Source of the DNA: Candidatus Atabeyarchaeum deiterrae | GTDB lineage: Archaea; Asgardarchaeota; Atabeyarchaeia; Atabeyarchaeales; Atabeyarchaeaceae | Length of the DNA: 64,000 nt | Assembly: GCA_037310415.1 (NCBI GenBank) | Contig: CP147780.1 | Location: forward strand, 608,001-672,000 | Direction: 5' to 3' | Shown here: positions 60,630 through 64,000 of the stretch, piece by piece | Layout of the letters: each line of letters begins with the position of its first letter | How positions within the stretch are numbered: position 1 is the stretch's first letter | Translations under genes and position numbers: made by a program | The notes under the pieces: generated by a model | What the model saw: only the letters and a program-made list of their open reading frames with translations | The model's database searches: none | Told to the model about the DNA's origin: nothing

Positions 60630-60866
60630 TCACAGGTTGCCTCCGCCAAACATCCTTAGAAGATCGTTTTTTATTCGGTCGAGTTGCTGATATACCGAAC
60701 TGAGTGCGTCGCCAGACCAGCCAAGCACTTGGAGGACGAGTCCGATTATTATCCCTATAACAACGAGAGAGAGTCCTATTAGCATTCCTTCTTCTACAAG
60801 CGGAGAACCCCTCTTGTCCTTCAGTAGTCTCAGAATTAAACTCTTTTCTGCTTTGTTCGGCTTCAT
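60630..60866 (-). CDS. Flp-like type IV pilin
   Basis: Class III signal peptide DKRG|SPLVE (Glu at +5) followed by a hydrophobic helix. Confidence 0.75.
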   Translation of the reverse strand: MKPNKAEKSLILRLLKDKRGSPLVEEGMLIGLSLVVIGIIIGLVLQVLGWSGDALSSVYQQLDRIKNDLLRMFGGGNL

Positions 60867-60985
60867 TCTGGCTTCGCCGCAGACTAGTGTCTGCAGTGAT
60901 ATTTAAAGCCCAAGTTCACGGCGAGCCAGATCTTGTTTGACACCGTAAAACATTTATCTGCTCCGTCTTTGTTATCTAAAGACCT

Positions 60986-61142
60986 GCGGCCGTGGTCTAG
61001 ACAGTGCCTTCCAAAAACGAATAACCTAGAATGGTCTAGGACAGAGGAAACGAGACAGTTTCCATCCAAAGGCCTCCCAAGTCTCTAACCCAGATTCTCT
61101 ATTCTTGGGGAGGAAACCCGGGTTCAAATCCCGGCGGCCGCA
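60986..61142 (+). tRNA. tRNA-Gly(CCC) with three introns (61003-61031, 61045-61069, 61088-61115)
   Basis: Helices CUAG/CUAG, GGAC/AUCC and UCUC/GAGG with 3-nt bulges; spliced cloverleaf is normal; CCA not encoded. Confidence 0.92.
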
Positions 61143-61214
61143 CTCACATTCGGCATTGTTTCCTATCCTTTCAGTGCAAAAGGTTATTAAGCCATCAGCA
61201 ATTAGTGGAAATCA

Positions 61215-61272
61215 ACGATGATGACTCTGACCCCGCTGAAATTCGGATGAATGAAGATCTTGAGTTCTGAGT
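61215..61272 (+). ncRNA. C/D-box guide sRNA
   Basis: C box ATGATGA 61218-24, D' CTGA 61236-39, C'-like GATGA/ATGA near 61246-54, D CTGA 61267-70; BRE/TATA-like AAAAGGTTATTAA about 30 nt upstream. Confidence 0.8.
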
Positions 61273-61399
61273 CTCAGTTCAGTCTTAACGGATAAGTACG
61301 TCTGTTGGAGAATAACTTTTACTTCTCCCTCCCCTATTCTATATTAGTGCTTTCTCATTTCTATAGACTGGGAAACCCGTCGACTGGATACCATCAGTT

Positions 61400-61777
61400 A
61401 TGCTGATTCATGGGTCTGTACATTCACCAGACAGCGGAGGGATCAGTATCATGTTTGTCGGGTCAGAGAGAATCTTGGACAATAGGAACATGACTATACC
61501 TGTTGAAGAGATACTCTCTTCAAGGGGCCGTATCAGAATCATAAAGATGTTGCTCAAGAACGACGAGCTTTGTATTTCTGAGATTGTCAGGTTAACCAGG
61601 TTAAACCATAACTCAGTTGTTCAGCATTTGGATTTACTGAAGCATGCTGGGTTTGTCTACGAGAAGAAATTCGGACGGATACGGATTTATAGCATACGAA
61701 ATGAGAGTCTCATCGTCAAAGCAATGAAGAGTTTCATCTCTCTGTGGGGTTTTTCCAAGATGGAAATTCATAAATAG
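61400..61777 (+). CDS. ArsR-like winged-helix protein
   Basis: VEEILSSRGRIRII...ISEIVR.T.LNH...EKKFGRIRIY; true start is probably downstream (ATG 61490). Confidence 0.85.
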   Translation: MLIHGSVHSPDSGGISIMFVGSERILDNRNMTIPVEEILSSRGRIRIIKMLLKNDELCISEIVRLTRLNHNSVVQHLDLLKHAGFVYEKKFGRIRIYSIRNESLIVKAMKSFISLWGFSKMEIHK

Positions 61778-61827
61778 CCTTCTATGTTCTTTCTCTCACT
61801 ATCTAATCCAGCTAGGAGGAAATCAAT

Positions 61828-61986
61828 GTGCCATCGCATGGCTCGGTTGCAAAGGCGGGCAAAGTTAGGAAGCAAACCCCGAAAGTTGAAGGTGCGGACA
61901 GAATCAAGGCTTCACCGCGCGTGAGAGGCAGGCTAAACTACGTCAAGCGAATTCTTCACAATAGACCTATAGGCCAAACTACCTAA
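61828..61986 (+). CDS. rps30e: 30S ribosomal protein S30e (absent from the ORF track)
   Basis: GTG start after GGAGG; translates to MPSHGSVAKAGKVRKQTPKV..., 52 aa. Confidence 0.93.
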   Translation: MPSHGSVAKAGKVRKQTPKVEGADRIKASPRVRGRLNYVKRILHNRPIGQTT

Positions 61987-62057
61987 GCGCGTTGAAGAAT
62001 AAAGTAATGATGATGGGAGTTTTAGCTGTTATTTTGTAGCGCATAGGTTGATTAAGA

Positions 62058-63266
62058 TTGGAAGATAATGCTGTTGAAGAAATACTATTTGGGAAATCCG
62101 TCTTCAAGAACGAAGCTACGTTGCTTTCAGAGTACGTTCCTCCGAAACTTCCGAGAAGAGAACGGGAAGTCATGCGTTTGGTGCAGGATTTCAGACCTCT
62201 TCTCATAAGAGATGGCTCATTTGGTGTCAACATTGCGATAGTAGGCGAAGCTGGGGCAGGCAAATCGGCCCTTGCGAAATCTGTCATGGAGAAGATAGTG
62301 CCAGCTGCAAGTAAGAAGAACATCAGGATACTTTTCGAATATTTCAACTGCTATACTTTTCGTACAAAGAGTGCAATTCTAAGGAACATGCTAACTGAGC
62401 GCTTTCACGTGTTGAGTCGTGGGTTCTCAGACGAAGAACTCCTTAGCATGCTTATTAAGAGACTTGTTAGTGAGAACGCGAAACTTGTAATCGTAATAGA
62501 CGAGGCACCGATTCTTGGCGGCGAAGAAATCCTGAGTGTGTTGCATGCATCAGAGGTATATGGGTTTGGTCAGTCCCGTATTTCAACAGTTGTAATAAGT
62601 CGGCCATCCGAATGGAGATTGATGTTGAGCGCGCCTTTGTCAGGGCACATTCACGACCAGATAAATATGACTAGTTACAGCAAAGAGGATCTCGTTGAAA
62701 TTCTGCGTTACAGGGCGGATACAGCTTTTGTCCCTGGTACCGTATCTGAGGAGATCTTGGATATGGTAGCGCAGATAGCGGCAAGTACAAGGAACGCGAG
62801 ACACGGCATCGAAATGCTCTACCAAGCTGGCAAAAGGGCGGATTCAGAAGGTGGAACGGAACTGACAGCTGAAATGATAAGGCAGGCAAAGGAAAATGTC
62901 TATCCTGAACTAAGGTATGACATGTTCTATACTCTAAAGCCTCATGAGGTTCTGACTGCGCTAAGCATTGCTAGGATGCTAAAAACCAAAGGATCAACAT
63001 CCACAACGGTGGACGAATCCTTCGACTACTACCGTGTAGTCTGCGAGGAAGAAGGATTCTCGCCGCAGTTGAAGCCGACTTTCAGAAAGAATGTTAGTCT
63101 TCTGATCAATCTCGGATTCATGGGTCTGATCGTGGGCCCAGTGGAAAGAGGTAAACGAGGCAGACAAGGGAGAATAACACTATATGACATTCCGGCAAGC
63201 ATTCTTGAAGAGAGACTCCGTGATATTCTCGACCGATTCAAGAGAAACCCAAGTGGCACAGACTAG
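62058..63266 (+). CDS. cdc6: Orc1/Cdc6 paralog
   Basis: YVPPKLPRRE, GEAGAGKS, VIDE and NAR motifs; C-terminal wHTH. Confidence 0.9.
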   Translation: MEDNAVEEILFGKSVFKNEATLLSEYVPPKLPRREREVMRLVQDFRPLLIRDGSFGVNIAIVGEAGAGKSALAKSVMEKIVPAASKKNIRILFEYFNCYTFRTKSAILRNMLTERFHVLSRGFSDEELLSMLIKRLVSENAKLVIVIDEAPILGGEEILSVLHASEVYGFGQSRISTVVISRPSEWRLMLSAPLSGHIHDQINMTSYSKEDLVEILRYRADTAFVPGTVSEEILDMVAQIAASTRNARHGIEMLYQAGKRADSEGGTELTAEMIRQAKENVYPELRYDMFYTLKPHEVLTALSIARMLKTKGSTSTTVDESFDYYRVVCEEEGFSPQLKPTFRKNVSLLINLGFMGLIVGPVERGKRGRQGRITLYDIPASILEERLRDILDRFKRNPSGTD

Positions 63267-63268
63267 AA

Positions 63269-64000
63269 TCATGGAATAGGTTTCAACTGTTTTTGCCTCG
63301 AGTTCCTTAGAGTCTGATGATATGAGCCAGTCGCCTTTGCCACGAATATATTGTGTTTGGTGCGAATCATACGCACCTGTCTTCTTGAATGGGTGTCCGT
63401 GTCGCCTGTCAGAACATGTAGAGATCGGTCCCTACCGACGCCAAGCATCTCCCCCATCATTCGACCAGATTCTAGGATCTCGATTTCGCAGATCTCGCCT
63501 CTTCTGAAAGGTTTTGGATAGCTTTCCATCGGTCTTATTCCAAAGTCGGTGGGGGTCAGAATGAGAGGGTGAACATCATAGAATTTGCCAATAGCCTCTA
63601 TTTCACTCTGGAACTGTTTCATAGAGCAAGGCTTGAGACCTTTTACCTTCTTGCCATGTTTATGGATCAAGTAATTCTGAATGCCAAGCAAAGGCCACTC
63701 TGACCTATTCGCAATCTTCTTAACAAATCGCACTATCTTGGGAATCTCATCGTCGTTGAGACCAGGAACCCACAGCGGGGCTATAAGTAGTGAAACGTCT
63801 GACTCACATATCTTCTCCACGATATTGAGAATATGTCCAAGAGAATAACCTACTTCACCTGAAAGCTGTAATGCTTTCCCTGAATCCAATGCATTTACTG
63901 AGAGATTTATCCGAGAAAGTCCGGCCCGCTCCAGTTTATCGACTAGACTATCCGTCAATGGAACTCCATTAGTCTGGAGTGATATTGTCTCAACGCCAGA
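63269..64000 (-). CDS. Radical SAM protein with C-terminal TRAM-like domain (5' part outside window)
   Basis: QTNG, RINLS, APLWVPGLND, LGIQNY and KHNIFVA motifs. Confidence 0.75.
   Translation of the reverse strand, partial: SGVETISLQTNGVPLTDSLVDKLERAGLSRINLSVNALDSGKALQLSGEVGYSLGHILNIVEKICESDVSLLIAPLWVPGLNDDEIPKIVRFVKKIANRSEWPLLGIQNYLIHKHGKKVKGLKPCSMKQFQSEIEAIGKFYDVHPLILTPTDFGIRPMESYPKPFRRGEICEIEILESGRMMGEMLGVGRDRSLHVLTGDTDTHSRRQVRMIRTKHNIFVAKATGSYHQTLRNSRQKQLKPIP

Noticed and set aside
61270-62057. Second ORB-type origin upstream of the cdc6 paralog
   Set aside because: Only weak partial matches without G-strings; the space is occupied by an sRNA, a wHTH gene and rps30e.
1-64000. CRISPR array, IS elements, rRNA genes
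   Set aside because: No regularly spaced repeats, transposase ORFs or rRNA-like sequence were seen.

Overview
Core chromosomal region of an archaeon from the TACK/Asgard side of the tree (PolD, rps30e, two Cdc6, SmAP3, Sec61beta and an OST3/6-like protein; Asgard-like affinity is inferred). It holds an oriC with three ORB boxes between cdc6 and an orf-parA-parB cassette, atpA and atpB separated by two inserted genes, porGDAB, ribosomal protein genes, five tRNAs and a C/D-box sRNA. The main observation is a 41-nt bulge-helix-bulge (BHB) intron inside the protein-coding gene glyA (44709-44749). Standard endonuclease cuts restore the frame and the conserved WPGERVYAG motif exactly. All five tRNAs are interrupted (11 introns, 9 at non-canonical positions) and the EndA encoded here lacks catalytic residues, suggesting a relaxed heteromeric splicing endonuclease that also acts on mRNA. 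Other observations: apparent AUU and ACG starts for radA and rpl2, 12-bp repeats upstream of parAB, a decayed copy of the atpB 3' end bounding a ~4-kb accessory island, a sharp strand-skew switch inside atpB, and a candidate structured K-turn ncRNA.
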